A stretch of DNA of 64,000 bases, taken from contig OZ244779.1 in assembly GCA_965219575.1 (NCBI GenBank), positions 2,156,769-2,220,768 of the forward strand, in the 5' to 3' direction. Shown in pieces: positions 10,590 to 21,556 of this stretch (within the stretch, counting starts at the first letter, position 1; each line of letters begins with the position of its first letter). The position numbers were made by a program, and so were the translations under genes. The notes beneath the pieces were generated by a model. It saw only the letters and a list, made by a program, of their open reading frames with translations. It did no database searches and was not told the origin of the DNA. The stretch comes from Candidatus Oxydemutatoraceae bacterium (GTDB taxonomy: Bacteria; Pseudomonadota; Gammaproteobacteria; Poriferisulfidales; Oxydemutatoraceae).

Positions 10590-12034
10590 GACGGTATCTC
10601 CTCGGCTGCAAAATTTTTTACGGCAAAGCGGTCTATCAAATCCTCGGGCAACTTGGAAATAGACCCGGCACCCATTGTCAATACGACATCGCCGTCGCGC
10701 ACAACCGCATCGAGCACCTCGGGCACGCTCGCCATAGTATCGAGACAAATAGGAATCAGATGCCCGCGTGCGCGTATTGCACGACTCAGCGCATCGCTGT
10801 CCGCACCTTTAATCGGTTCTTCGCCGGCAGCATAGACATCGAGTAAAATCAATTCTTCGACTTCGTTTAGAACATCGCAAAAATCGTTGAATAAAGCGTG
10901 TGTACGCGTATAGCGATGCGGTTGAAATATCAATACTTTACGCCGCCCGCACCCGATGTCGCCGGCGGTGCGTAGCACCGCTTTTATCTCGTTCGGATGG
11001 TGCCCGTAATCGTCTATTAAGTGCGCACTACCGTGTGTCGTTTTTAGCATACCGTAACTTTGCATACGCCTTCCTATACCTTGAAATTCCGCCAAGGCCT
11101 CGGCGATTATCTTTAGGGTCACACCTAATTTGATTCCTACCGCAATCGCCGCAAGCGCATTTAATACATTGTGCCGACCCGGCAAGTTCAGCATGAATTG
11201 ATGTACCTCGGTGTCATCGGCGATGCTCAGATGAAAGTGGCTCGTCATGTTTTCAAAGCGAATAGCCTCGGCAACAAAATCGTTGTCTTTATCGAAACCG
11301 TAAGTCAAGCAACGACGATCGAATCGAGGTACCAGTTCGCGTACCACCGGGTCTTCGTTGCAAGCGATTACAACACCGTAAAACGGTAAATTATGTACGA
11401 AATCTACGAACGCGTTTTGTAAAAGTTCAAAATTGTTTCTGTACGCCGACAAATGATCGGCGTCGATGTTCGTGATAACCGACATCATCGGCTGCAAATG
11501 CAGAAAAGAAGCGTCACTCTCGTCGGCCTCGGCAACCATGTAATGACTTTCACCCAAACGCGCATTGCCGCCATGACTATTCACCTTGCCGCCGATAACA
11601 AAGGTTGGATCCAAGTCGGCTTTGGTCAAAATTGCCGCAATCAAACTCGTCGTCGTCGTTTTGCCGTGGGTGCCGGAAACCGCAATACCGAAATGAAAGC
11701 GCATCAGCTCGGCGAGCATCTCGGCTCGTTTGATCACCGGCACATTATGTTCTCGTGCAGCGGACACCTCCGGATTGTCGGAAGCAATTGCAGAAGATAC
11801 GACTACGACATTGCAGCCTCGAATATGGTCTGCACGGTGCCCTATATAAACCCTGATGCCGAGTGCTTCCAGTTTCGATATCGCCGTGCTATGCGCGATA
11901 TCCGAACCTTGTACCTTGCAACCCATATTGAACAACACTTCTGCGATGCCGCTCATGCCGATACCGCCGATACCGACCAAATGTATCGTTCCCATGCTGT
12001 CGTAGACTTGTCTTAAGTTATTATTCGTTTTCAC
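10586..12034 (-). CDS. murC: UDP-N-acetylmuramate--L-alanine ligase
   Basis: HLVGIGGIGMSGIA, SGTHGKTTTT, EADESD, DDYGHHP, FQPHRYTRT. GTGA overlap with the murG stop. Confidence 0.96.
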   Translation of the reverse strand: MKTNNNLRQVYDSMGTIHLVGIGGIGMSGIAEVLFNMGCKVQGSDIAHSTAISKLEALGIRVYIGHRADHIRGCNVVVVSSAIASDNPEVSAAREHNVPVIKRAEMLAELMRFHFGIAVSGTHGKTTTTSLIAAILTKADLDPTFVIGGKVNSHGGNARLGESHYMVAEADESDASFLHLQPMMSVITNIDADHLSAYRNNFELLQNAFVDFVHNLPFYGVVIACNEDPVVRELVPRFDRRCLTYGFDKDNDFVAEAIRFENMTSHFHLSIADDTEVHQFMLNLPGRHNVLNALAAIAVGIKLGVTLKIIAEALAEFQGIGRRMQSYGMLKTTHGSAHLIDDYGHHPNEIKAVLRTAGDIGCGRRKVLIFQPHRYTRTHALFNDFCDVLNEVEELILLDVYAAGEEPIKGADSDALSRAIRARGHLIPICLDTMASVPEVLDAVVRDGDVVLTMGAGSISKLPEDLIDRFAVKNFAAEEIPS

Positions 12035-13110
12035 GCTGCCATCTCCGCAATACATATATCGGCAATCTTGCGGTCGGCGTCGAGTATCGCTGCCGCCTTG
12101 ATCGCTTTGGACATCTCGAGTAGAGATTCTCTATTTCTTATAAAACCTAGTAATAAATCGGCAAGTTTAGCGGCTGTTAGTTGATCCTGCGGCACTAAAA
12201 TCGCAGCATTTTCGGCAACTAAATAACGCGCATTCGCAGATTGATGGTCGTCGACCGCGTGAGGATACGGCACCAAGATTGCGGTGCGTCCCGCTGCAGA
12301 GATTTCCGCCAAGGTCATCGCACCGGCTCTACACAAAACCAAATCCGCCCAACGATAAAGTTCGTGCATTTTCTCTTCGAACTCAAAAACTTTGTAGTGT
12401 ACTTTTAATGCCGCTATACGCGATACCATTTCTTGCAAATGTCCCTTGCCGGTCTGATGACTCACTTCGGGGCGTTGCGACTCGTCTATTAGCGCAATCG
12501 CCTGCGGCACAATCTCGTTAAAAAAACTCGCTCCCAGACTGCCGCCGACAACGAGCAGACGCAGTCTGTCGTGTTCGCCCGACTTCGGGTCTGAAACATC
12601 GGCGGTCATCTCGGCTCGTACCGGATTCCCTACCCACACGACATTCTTGGACTTAAACGACTCGGGAAATCCACAGAGGACTTGTCGACTCAAAAATGCC
12701 AAGCATTTATTGGTTAAACCGGCGATCGCATTTTGCTCGTGTATAACCAGCGGAATACCCAACAAATAGGCAACGACACCGCCGGGGCCGGTCACAAAAC
12801 CGCCCATACCCAAAACCAAGGACGGACGCTGTCTGATAAATTGCAATAATATCTTCCAAAATGCGATGCTCAATATCCACGGTGCCGTCAACCAATTCAA
12901 TAAACCTTTGCCTCTGAGGGCTTTGACTCGTACGCCTATAAAATCGATTTCCTCGTCGGGGACGACGCGAGACTCGAGCCCGTCCGAGGTGCCGAGCCAT
13001 AGCACATCGATGCGCTGCGCTTTAAGGCGGCGACCGACGGCGATACCGGGAAAAACATGACCCCCCGTCCCGCCCGCCATAATTACAATCAACGGGGTTT
13101 TAGTAGCCAT
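12031..13110 (-). CDS. murG: Lipid II GlcNAc transferase MurG
   Basis: AGGTGGHVFPG, HEQNAIAG, GNPVR, GGSLGA, DDHQSANA. Confidence 0.96.
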   Translation of the reverse strand: MATKTPLIVIMAGGTGGHVFPGIAVGRRLKAQRIDVLWLGTSDGLESRVVPDEEIDFIGVRVKALRGKGLLNWLTAPWILSIAFWKILLQFIRQRPSLVLGMGGFVTGPGGVVAYLLGIPLVIHEQNAIAGLTNKCLAFLSRQVLCGFPESFKSKNVVWVGNPVRAEMTADVSDPKSGEHDRLRLLVVGGSLGASFFNEIVPQAIALIDESQRPEVSHQTGKGHLQEMVSRIAALKVHYKVFEFEEKMHELYRWADLVLCRAGAMTLAEISAAGRTAILVPYPHAVDDHQSANARYLVAENAAILVPQDQLTAAKLADLLLGFIRNRESLLEMSKAIKAAAILDADRKIADICIAEMAA

Positions 13111-14257
13111 ACCGTGTCCCACCTTTAATACGGTATGTAGAGGTAGAGATCTCGTAATTGATACGCATTAATATCGCTACGGCAAGAATCAACGCCATCA
13201 AACTACTACCACCGGCACTGACGAAGGGCAAAGTGATGCCTTTAGTCGGTAGACATCCTAGAACGACACCGGCGTTGATTAAAAACTGTACGAATATCCA
13301 TAGGCCGACACCGTAAGCATAAAAAGTATAAGTGAGAAACCCTCGCCGGTATGCTTTTTGTGCGATCAAAAAGCAACATCGGGTTAAAAAGCAAAACAAT
13401 AAAACCAAAAGACAAACACTGATAATGCCGAGTTCTTCGGCGATGACCGCCAATATAAAATCGGTATGCGCCTCGGGTAAATACGATAGTTTTTGTATAC
13501 TGTCACCCAGACCGACACCGAACCATCCGCCGTTTTTAATCGCAATCAGTGACTCTATCAGCTGATATCCGGCACCGAATCGATCCTGCCAAGGATCCAT
13601 AAAAACGAGTAGGCGCTGCATTCTATACGGCTCTATTATCATCAGCCCCGACAATGTGAGACCGCTTGCAAGTGCGGATACCGAGAAAGGTATCAAACGC
13701 ACCGGTGCCAAAAACAGCATGCCGAACATGATCGCGAGGATTACCACCGCAGTGCCGTAATCGGGTTGTATTACGAGTAATCCGGCAACGACGGTGCCCA
13801 CGGCCAAGGGCTTAACGAACTCCCAAGGGCTGGTCGGAATCCTCGTAAAATGACGTCCGATATAATCGGCAACGAAGATAATCATAAAAAGTTTTACGAA
13901 CTCGGAAGGTTGTACCGTGAAAAATTGAAAGTCCAACCAACGGTGGCTCCCGTTGACTTCTTTACCTACTACAGGAAGGAAGACTAGGAGGAGTAGGATA
14001 ATAGATACGAAGACTAGAGAGCCACCGCGGTTGAAAATCGTAGCGACCGGTACGAAACATATAATCGCAGCTAAAACCAGCGAAAATATGATGTAAGACA
14101 GTTTTTTGATCGTGTAATGGAACGCATCGTCGGCAACGAGTTCAAACGATGCGGATGCGACCATCACCACACCCAAACCCAGCAAGATTGCTATATACCA
14201 AAGCATGGATTTGTTATAGTCCACCCAAAAATCGTGTTTGATAGTTGCACTTGTCAT
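13100..14257 (-). CDS. ftsW: Peptidoglycan glycosyltransferase FtsW
   Basis: NGSHRW, QPSEFVKL, QPDYGT, YLPEAHTDFILAVIAEELG, LPFVSAGGSS. Start trimmed to MTSATIK. Confidence 0.95.
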   Translation of the reverse strand: MTSATIKHDFWVDYNKSMLWYIAILLGLGVVMVASASFELVADDAFHYTIKKLSYIIFSLVLAAIICFVPVATIFNRGGSLVFVSIILLLLVFLPVVGKEVNGSHRWLDFQFFTVQPSEFVKLFMIIFVADYIGRHFTRIPTSPWEFVKPLAVGTVVAGLLVIQPDYGTAVVILAIMFGMLFLAPVRLIPFSVSALASGLTLSGLMIIEPYRMQRLLVFMDPWQDRFGAGYQLIESLIAIKNGGWFGVGLGDSIQKLSYLPEAHTDFILAVIAEELGIISVCLLVLLFCFLTRCCFLIAQKAYRRGFLTYTFYAYGVGLWIFVQFLINAGVVLGCLPTKGITLPFVSAGGSSLMALILAVAILMRINYEISTSTYRIKGGTRYGY

Positions 14258-14264
14258 ATTCTTA

Positions 14265-15635
14265 TCAAGATAGTTTTTTATACGCAGACCTGAAAGCGTC
14301 GCCGCGTTCTTTGTAATTGCGATACATATCCAAACTGGCGCACGCCGGCGACAGCAATACACAATCACCGGGGCGGGCGGTGTCGGCAGCACAAAGCACG
14401 GCTTGTGCCATATTCTCAACTCGCGTGTAGGGCACACGACCCTCCATCGCAACGGCGATCTGTTCGGCATCTTGTCCCAACAACACGGCAGCGCGCACCT
14501 TAGATTCGGCTAAATCGACGAGTAGCTCAAACTCTCCGCCCTTGCCGAGACCGCCGGCAATCAATACGACGGGTTTATCGATCGAACTTAGTGCTGCGCA
14601 AGTTGCCGAGACATTGGTCGCCTTAGAGTCGTCGTACCAATCTACACCGTTGCGACACCCGATGTGCTGCAAACGATGTGCCAAGCCATGAAAACCGCCG
14701 GCTGCCTTGCACATCGCATCGAACGGCAAACCCAGAGCATATCCCATGGCAAACATCGCCTGGGTATTCAACAAACCCACATCGCCCACCAATGCGATAT
14801 CGGATTCGGAAATTAATGTCTCGTCTCCGTAAGCAATATGTCTAATCCCTTCTTTTTCTATCACTCCGAAATGACCGACCGAGGGTCGATCGAGCCCGAA
14901 GCTCGGCTGTTTCACCGAGTCGTCTATGTCGTCTATTTGTGATGCGACATCTTCCTCTCTATTGACGACTATAGCCTTACTATTTCTATGGATGCGTAAT
15001 TTTGCATTGCGGTAATCGGCAAAAGATTCGTAGCGATCTAAATGGTCGGGCTTTATGTTCAAGATGACCGATACACTGGGGCGCAGACTATAAATCGTCT
15101 CCAGTTGAAAGCTGGATAGTTCCAAAACATAAAGTTCAACATCTTTGCGTCGTTCGAGTAAATCCAACGCCGGCATACTGCACGGATGCTCGCCGGCCAG
15201 ATTGCCACCGCTGGCAACATGAAGTCCTGCGCATTTTGCCGCATCCGTCAATAGCGAAGCAACGGTACTCTTGCCGTTGGTACCGGTAATCGCAGCGATC
15301 GGACACTGCGGTGCATAACGCGCAAACAATTCTATATCGCCGATAAATCGATCTCTTTTTGTATGTGCTTGTATCGCCGCCAGGGTTTTTAGAGAAACCC
15401 CGGGACTCACTACGACCTGTTCGGCTTGCTCGAGATAAGCCGCTTTTATATCACCCGTATAAACTTGTGTCTCGGGGGCAAATTTCAATAATGCCTCGTG
15501 TTGCGACGGATGTTCGTTATCGTCGGCAACCGCAAACGAAATACTGCGACGGTGCAGAAAACGCGCAACCGATAGCCCGGTCACACCCAAACCGATAATC
15601 AGAAATTGATACGCTTGTGCCATCGTTCGATACAT
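14265..15635 (-). CDS. murD: UDP-MurNAc-L-Ala--D-glutamate ligase
   Basis: GLGVTGLS, ITGTNGKST, LELSSFQLE, DDSKATN, LLSPACASLD. Confidence 0.96.
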   Translation of the reverse strand: MYRTMAQAYQFLIIGLGVTGLSVARFLHRRSISFAVADDNEHPSQHEALLKFAPETQVYTGDIKAAYLEQAEQVVVSPGVSLKTLAAIQAHTKRDRFIGDIELFARYAPQCPIAAITGTNGKSTVASLLTDAAKCAGLHVASGGNLAGEHPCSMPALDLLERRKDVELYVLELSSFQLETIYSLRPSVSVILNIKPDHLDRYESFADYRNAKLRIHRNSKAIVVNREEDVASQIDDIDDSVKQPSFGLDRPSVGHFGVIEKEGIRHIAYGDETLISESDIALVGDVGLLNTQAMFAMGYALGLPFDAMCKAAGGFHGLAHRLQHIGCRNGVDWYDDSKATNVSATCAALSSIDKPVVLIAGGLGKGGEFELLVDLAESKVRAAVLLGQDAEQIAVAMEGRVPYTRVENMAQAVLCAADTARPGDCVLLSPACASLDMYRNYKERGDAFRSAYKKLS

Positions 15636-15647
15636 CTTGTTTTCCGA

Positions 15648-16721
15648 CTACCTGATCTTCAGAGTTGCCAAGCCGACCAACACCAAAAGCAAAGTGATAA
15701 TCCAAAAACGCACTATCACGGTGGGTTCGGGCCAACCTTTCAATTCAAAATGATGGTGTAGCGGTGCCATACGAAAAATACGCTTGCCGGTTAAGCGATA
15801 CGATGCAACTTGTAAAATCACCGAAACGGCTTCGGCAACGAATATGCCACCCATAATAAGGAGCAAGAACTCCTGTCTGACCAGGATTGCGATAATCGCA
15901 AGTGCCGAACCCAGGGACAGTGCACCTACATCCCCCATGAAGACTTTTGCCGGATAGGTGTTGAACCATAGAAAGCCCAATGCAGTCCCTGCCAACGCAC
16001 CGCAAAATACCGTCAACTCGGCTGCTTGAGGTAAATAGGGAAAATTCAAATAATCGGCAAAATTGGTATGACCGCTAACATAAGCAAAGATACCCAAAGC
16101 CGAAGCGATTAAGGCAACGGGCAAAACCGCCAAACCGTCCAAACCGTCGCTTAAATTGACCGCATTGCTGGCACCGACGATGGTTAGATAGGCAAGCAGT
16201 ATAAACCATGCCCCTATATCTAAAACGATATCCTTGAAAAACGGGACTATCAGTTCTAATTCGGCAGGGTACTGGGCGCTGCTATACACCGTATACGCAA
16301 TGATAAAAGCGAGCAACGATTGCCATAAAAACTTAGTTTTTATCGACATGCCCTCACCATTCTTAATCTTAAAATAGTCGTCTATGCCACCCAAGATACC
16401 GAAAGCTAACATCGTTGCAAGGGCGATCGTCACATAATAATTCATGATATCCGCCCACAGCAAAGTAGAAAATACAATCGTGACGATAATCAATATACCG
16501 CCCATCGTCGGAGTGCCTTGCTTTTTATAGTGCGAGCGAGGACCTACTTCGCGTATGGTTTCGCCTATTTTCAAACGGCTTAGATAACGAATAACGCTCG
16601 GGCCGGCAATGGTGCTGACCAACAGTGCGGTAATCGCAGCAAAAACGGTGCGCAATGTGATGTATTGCAAAACATTAAAACCGCTGTGCAACTCCGATAA
16701 AAAATCCGATAAATGGTACAC
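15648..16721 (-). CDS. mraY: Phospho-MurNAc-pentapeptide transferase
   Basis: GTPTMGG, NAVNLSDGLDGL, FMGDVGAL, RMAPLHHHFEL. Confidence 0.97.
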   Translation of the reverse strand: MYHLSDFLSELHSGFNVLQYITLRTVFAAITALLVSTIAGPSVIRYLSRLKIGETIREVGPRSHYKKQGTPTMGGILIIVTIVFSTLLWADIMNYYVTIALATMLAFGILGGIDDYFKIKNGEGMSIKTKFLWQSLLAFIIAYTVYSSAQYPAELELIVPFFKDIVLDIGAWFILLAYLTIVGASNAVNLSDGLDGLAVLPVALIASALGIFAYVSGHTNFADYLNFPYLPQAAELTVFCGALAGTALGFLWFNTYPAKVFMGDVGALSLGSALAIIAILVRQEFLLLIMGGIFVAEAVSVILQVASYRLTGKRIFRMAPLHHHFELKGWPEPTVIVRFWIITLLLVLVGLATLKIR

Positions 16722-16732
16722 GGTTGCCTCTG

Positions 16733-18079
16733 CTAAGAAACGGTTTCGTCGGTCGGCAGTAATGCCGCCACTAATCGATCCATTTTTGCGGAACGCGAAC
16801 CTTTAACCAACAAGTTCACCCCGGGCTTCAACTGCGCTCTGAGCCGTGGTATTAACGCGGCAATACTATCGAAGGACTCGCCCCCCTCACCGAAGCATTC
16901 AACCGCTATTCGGGCATCGTCTCCGACTGTAAAAAGACGGTTTACATCCATCGACTTCGCCCGCTTACCGGCGCGCGCATGCAGATCGGCGGATTCGTCG
17001 CCCAATTCCGCCATGCCACCTAATGCCAGCCAGTGTTCTCCCGGTGCTTGTTTGAGCACCTCAAGGGCTGCATCCAAAGAGGCCGGGTTTGCGTTGTAAC
17101 TATCGTCTATTAGGTGCGCGCCGTTTATGCCGCTGCGCGCCACCAAACGTCCGGGTATCGGGGAAACCGATTCTATACCGGCAACAATATCGTCGATACC
17201 GGCACCCGCGACATAGCTCGCCGCCGCCGCAGCCAATGCATTCGCTATATTATGCCGACCTAATAACTGCATGCGACAAGTGCGCGGCTTGCCTGCCAAA
17301 CTCAACTCTACGGTTGGTCCTCGATGCGCGAGCAGATGAAAATCGGCTTCGGAGGATAGACTGAATTCTACGGTGCGTCGTTTTTTGATTCGCCGCAACC
17401 AATACTCGTAATACGCATCGTCCTTGTTTAAGATCGCCGTACCCGATTCGCTCAAAGACTCGAATATCTCACCCTTTGCTTCGGCAACGCCGGCTAGACT
17501 GCCGAAACCACCTATATGCGCAGCGGAAGCATTGAGCAACAAAGCGATATCGGGTTGTGCGATGCCGCAGAGTTTACGGATTTCGCCGTGATGATTGGCC
17601 CCCATTTCTACGACTGCGGTATCGTGTTGCGCTCTTATGGACAACACGGTCAACGGCACACCGATATGATTATTAAAATTACCGGGCGTTGCAACAACCT
17701 GCCGACAACGGCGTAAAATACTTGCAATAATTTCTTTGGTCGTCGTCTTGCCGTTGCTACCGGTCAATGCCAAAATCGTAATCTTAAGGCGACGACACCA
17801 CTGTGCCGCTAACTCGCTCAGGGCTTGTAGTGTATCGGATACGCGTATTTGTGCCAAAGGCGAGGTGATCGCTTCGGAGACCATCACCGCAACTGCCCCC
17901 GATGCCGCTGCCGTTTCTACGAAATCATGGCCGTCAAACCGTTCGCCTTTGATTGCCACGAATAAATCTCCCGGCTTGGTCGTACGGCTGTCAATGCTGA
18001 TACCTGCTATCGGTATATCGGCACCGTTTATCGTGCCTTTCGCCATCTCGGCAATCTCGTGCAGACTCAACCATGTCAT
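16733..18079 (-). CDS. murF: UDP-MurNAc-tripeptide--D-Ala-D-Ala ligase
   Basis: TGSNGKTTTKE, GNFNNHIGVP, EMGANHHGEI, DDSYNANP, KGSRS. Confidence 0.96.
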   Translation of the reverse strand: MTWLSLHEIAEMAKGTINGADIPIAGISIDSRTTKPGDLFVAIKGERFDGHDFVETAAASGAVAVMVSEAITSPLAQIRVSDTLQALSELAAQWCRRLKITILALTGSNGKTTTKEIIASILRRCRQVVATPGNFNNHIGVPLTVLSIRAQHDTAVVEMGANHHGEIRKLCGIAQPDIALLLNASAAHIGGFGSLAGVAEAKGEIFESLSESGTAILNKDDAYYEYWLRRIKKRRTVEFSLSSEADFHLLAHRGPTVELSLAGKPRTCRMQLLGRHNIANALAAAAASYVAGAGIDDIVAGIESVSPIPGRLVARSGINGAHLIDDSYNANPASLDAALEVLKQAPGEHWLALGGMAELGDESADLHARAGKRAKSMDVNRLFTVGDDARIAVECFGEGGESFDSIAALIPRLRAQLKPGVNLLVKGSRSAKMDRLVAALLPTDETVS

Positions 18080-19548
18080 CGGTAGTCCTCGAGTGCTTTT
18101 AGTATGAAATCGGCATCGTTAAACGGTTTTTTCACGCCCTTGACAATTTGATAACGCTCGTGTCCCTTGCCGGCGACTAAAACCACATCGTCCGGCAACG
18201 CTTCTTTGATTGCTTTGTTTATCGCCTGTGCACGATCGTGTATCACACAGTATGCTCGGGTTTTCGTCATACCTTTTAGAATGTCGCTGCAGATTAGTTC
18301 GGGATCTTCGGCTCTGGGATTATCGTCGCAAATTATTACGCGATCTGCATAGCGTTGTGCTATTTCTCCCATCAACGGACGTTTGCTTGCGTCTCGTTCA
18401 CCGCCGCATCCGAATACGCAAACGAGATCGGCGGTAGCGTAATCCCTGCACGATGTTAAAACCTGTTTCAACGCTTGTGGCGTATGCGCATAGTCTAAAA
18501 ATACCTTCGGTACATCACCGCCGCCGAAACGTTGCATACGGCCGTCTAGCGGATGAATCTCGGATAGCCGCTCGACTGCGTCGTCCAATTGAAACCCGTG
18601 GTTGATTAGCACCAATAAAGTTGCCAAGAGGTTGTAGATATTAAAGTTGCCGAACACACGGGTTTCTATATCCATCACCTTGCCTAAAAGAGAAACACGC
18701 AAAGCAAGACCCTGTTCGCGGTTCTCGGCTTTGATCAAATAAGCGGCCGTCATAGAAGATCGTTTTGAGTAACTCAAAACCGTCACTTTTTTGTGGCACG
18801 CATTGATCATCGGTTCGGCGTATTTGTCGTCGGCATTGATTACCGCCGTCTTTAGGCTGTCGTACTCGAAGAGCTTGCGTTTCGCAAGCATATACTCGGT
18901 GAGTGAGCCGTGATAATCCAAATGGTCGTGACCTAGATTGGTGAACACTGCGGTATCTACCGTTAAACCGTTCAATCTTCCTTGTGCCAAACCGTGCGAA
19001 GAAGCCTCGACCACAACCTTGTCTATATTGCGCTGTTTTAATTCGCTGATGATTTTATGGGTAATCAAGGCATCGGGTGTGGTATGGGTGGCTGTCTGCA
19101 AATCTCCGAAACAACCATGACCTAGTGTTCCTATCAAACCGCACGGTTTGCCGGCAACCGATAAACACTCGGCAATATAATGACTCACCGAAGATTTACC
19201 GTCGGTGCCGGTCACTGCGATAACCTCCATCGTATCGGAAGGGCAATCGTAGAAGCGGCTGGCAATCAAGCCCATGTTCTCGCGCAGATTCGGTATTCTA
19301 ATCATCGGCACAGTAGACGGATAAATCGAGTTTTCACCACCGTCCCAAACAACCGCTTTGGCACCGCGTGCTATCACATCGGAGAGGAAATTCAAGCCGT
19401 GTTCGTGTTTTCCTTCCAACGCCATATATAAATCACCCCGCTGAACGTTTTCGCTATGGTTCGCTACGCCGGTTACTTCTACATCGTCTATATCTTTTAT
19501 CTGCACCAGATCCTCCGTCAACACCGATAATCTACATCTCTTCATCAA
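18076..19548 (-). CDS. murE: UDP-MurNAc-dipeptide--meso-DAP ligase
   Basis: VTGTDGKSS, HTTPD, EASSHGL, DYAHTP, DNPR, AGKGHE. Confidence 0.96.
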   Translation of the reverse strand: MMKRCRLSVLTEDLVQIKDIDDVEVTGVANHSENVQRGDLYMALEGKHEHGLNFLSDVIARGAKAVVWDGGENSIYPSTVPMIRIPNLRENMGLIASRFYDCPSDTMEVIAVTGTDGKSSVSHYIAECLSVAGKPCGLIGTLGHGCFGDLQTATHTTPDALITHKIISELKQRNIDKVVVEASSHGLAQGRLNGLTVDTAVFTNLGHDHLDYHGSLTEYMLAKRKLFEYDSLKTAVINADDKYAEPMINACHKKVTVLSYSKRSSMTAAYLIKAENREQGLALRVSLLGKVMDIETRVFGNFNIYNLLATLLVLINHGFQLDDAVERLSEIHPLDGRMQRFGGGDVPKVFLDYAHTPQALKQVLTSCRDYATADLVCVFGCGGERDASKRPLMGEIAQRYADRVIICDDNPRAEDPELICSDILKGMTKTRAYCVIHDRAQAINKAIKEALPDDVVLVAGKGHERYQIVKGVKKPFNDADFILKALEDYR

Positions 19549-21287
19549 TTGACATGCTCGGTGGACAACACGGTATTCGAAAGATTTGAGTCCGGTAATT
19601 CGTCGTAGTTGAAATTCATAAAACGCAAAGTTGCCGACATGACTTCCGAGAATACCGGTGCTGCCACCTTGCCTCCGTAGTATTCGTCTCCACGCGGCTT
19701 ATCTATCACCACCACACAAACAAAATTGGGTTGCCGTAGCGGCGCAAAGCCTGCGAACACCGAAGTGTACTCGTTATCTTCACCCCTATCGTCAACCGAC
19801 TTTCTAGTCGTGCCGGTTTTACCTGCGGTCGTAAAACCTTTGACCTTGGCAAGGCTACCGGTGCCTTCCTTCGATATTACTCTATGCAACATTTTTCTAA
19901 TAGATCTTGCGGTTTCGGGATCGAAGACTTGCTGCTTTCTGAAATAAGGGTTGTCTTTTAGAAAGGTCGGATTAGGTCGCCAGCCGTCGTTGGCAAAGGT
20001 GGTATAAGCCATTGCAAGTTGCAACAGCGAGACCGACACGCCGTAACCGTACGACATCACGGCATGATCCGTAGGGCTCCACCTCTCGTGATATCTCAGC
20101 TCACCTATGACCTCTCCGGGAAAAACCGTGCCGGGTGTCTCTCCGAAGCCGACACCGGATAAATAAGTCCACAACACTTCACGCGGCACCGTCTGCGCAA
20201 TTTTGCTAATCGCCACATTGCTGGATTTAACTATCACGCCGGTCATATCGAGCTTACCGTAATTTCTTATATCCTTTATTTGTTTGCCACCACTCAGCCG
20301 ATAATAACCCGGTGTCGTGTCTATTACCGTGTTCTCTTGCAAATAGCCGCCGTCTATCGCTGCCGCCATGATAATCGGTTTCATCGTAGAACCGAGTTCG
20401 AAGGTGTCGGTCACCAATCGGTTGCGATGTCTATCGGCAAAATTATATCTGCGATCGTTGGGATTGAACGAAGGATAATTGACGGCGACGATAATCTCGC
20501 CGGTTTGTGCATCGACTACGACAACCGAACCCGATTCCGCCCTGTGCTTCGCAATCGCACTCCGCAATGCACGATACGCGTAATATTGAATACGCTGATC
20601 TAGGCTCAGTGTCAAAGTCTCCCCGTTTTTAGGGGCTTTGATTAGCCTGATATCGCGTACCGTACGCCTGTTTGCATCTATCATGATCTGCTTTAGTCCC
20701 GGGGTCGCTCGCAGATGCTCGTCGGTATGCATCTCTATACCCTCTATGCCCTTGCCGTCGACATCGGTTAAGCCGATAATGTGCGCGGTGATCTCACCGG
20801 ACGGATAAAAACGTTTATAAACTTGATCCAAATGAAGCCCGTCTATCTCTAGAGTTCTTAGAGTATCCGCCATCTGCGGTTTGATGTGCCGCTCGATGTA
20901 TAGAAACCGTTTGTCTTTCGCCGCCGCAACTTTTGCTCGCAATTCGCCGCTATCTATTTCCATCGCCTCGGCTATCGTCGCGATGTGTTTATCGTCAAAC
21001 CCTAAGGGGTCTATCCATGTCGAATAAACCGGCGCGCTGACCGCAAGTAAGGTGCCGTTGCGATCGGTGATGGAACCATGATAGGCAGGTATTTCTTTGG
21101 TGCGTAAATAGCGTACATTGTCTTTGCTCTCTAATTCGAGACGCAGGTCGTACTGCCAATATATTGCGCGTCCGATCAACCCCAACGATGCGATGAAAAA
21201 CAATGTCATCAGAAACATATATCTATAATAATTATTAAACTCAAACGGTTCCTTGCGTCTTAAGTGCTTAGCGTTTGTATATTTCAT
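19545..21287 (-). CDS. ftsI: Peptidoglycan transpeptidase FtsI (PBP3)
   Basis: GSITDRNG; SxxK (STMK), SxN (SSN) and KTG motifs; dcw position. Confidence 0.95.
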   Translation of the reverse strand: MKYTNAKHLRRKEPFEFNNYYRYMFLMTLFFIASLGLIGRAIYWQYDLRLELESKDNVRYLRTKEIPAYHGSITDRNGTLLAVSAPVYSTWIDPLGFDDKHIATIAEAMEIDSGELRAKVAAAKDKRFLYIERHIKPQMADTLRTLEIDGLHLDQVYKRFYPSGEITAHIIGLTDVDGKGIEGIEMHTDEHLRATPGLKQIMIDANRRTVRDIRLIKAPKNGETLTLSLDQRIQYYAYRALRSAIAKHRAESGSVVVVDAQTGEIIVAVNYPSFNPNDRRYNFADRHRNRLVTDTFELGSTMKPIIMAAAIDGGYLQENTVIDTTPGYYRLSGGKQIKDIRNYGKLDMTGVIVKSSNVAISKIAQTVPREVLWTYLSGVGFGETPGTVFPGEVIGELRYHERWSPTDHAVMSYGYGVSVSLLQLAMAYTTFANDGWRPNPTFLKDNPYFRKQQVFDPETARSIRKMLHRVISKEGTGSLAKVKGFTTAGKTGTTRKSVDDRGEDNEYTSVFAGFAPLRQPNFVCVVVIDKPRGDEYYGGKVAAPVFSEVMSATLRFMNFNYDELPDSNLSNTVLSTEHVN

Positions 21288-21556
21288 CGCACAATAATCG
21301 GGATTTCTTTATACGGATAAATCATCTCGAGTTCAGCCACCGACTTTTCTACATAGCCGGGCATGCGGAGAGTGCTGTTCTCGGCTTGCAGCCGGCTCCA
21401 TTCCGATTCCAGAATATCTCGTTCTCGCTGTAACAACTCGGATTCTACGAAAGCTATGCGATTATGATTTTTAACGGTCACGACCGCAAGTGCGGATAAA
21501 AATATCCCTATGACTAGAAATACGATGATTGCTCTGTCGTTGTACAATCCGGTCAT
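21284..21556 (-). CDS. ftsL: Cell division protein FtsL
   Basis: TM plus coiled coil (LESEWSRLQAENSTL), between rsmH and ftsI. Confidence 0.9.
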   Translation of the reverse strand: MTGLYNDRAIIVFLVIGIFLSALAVVTVKNHNRIAFVESELLQRERDILESEWSRLQAENSTLRMPGYVEKSVAELEMIYPYKEIPIIVR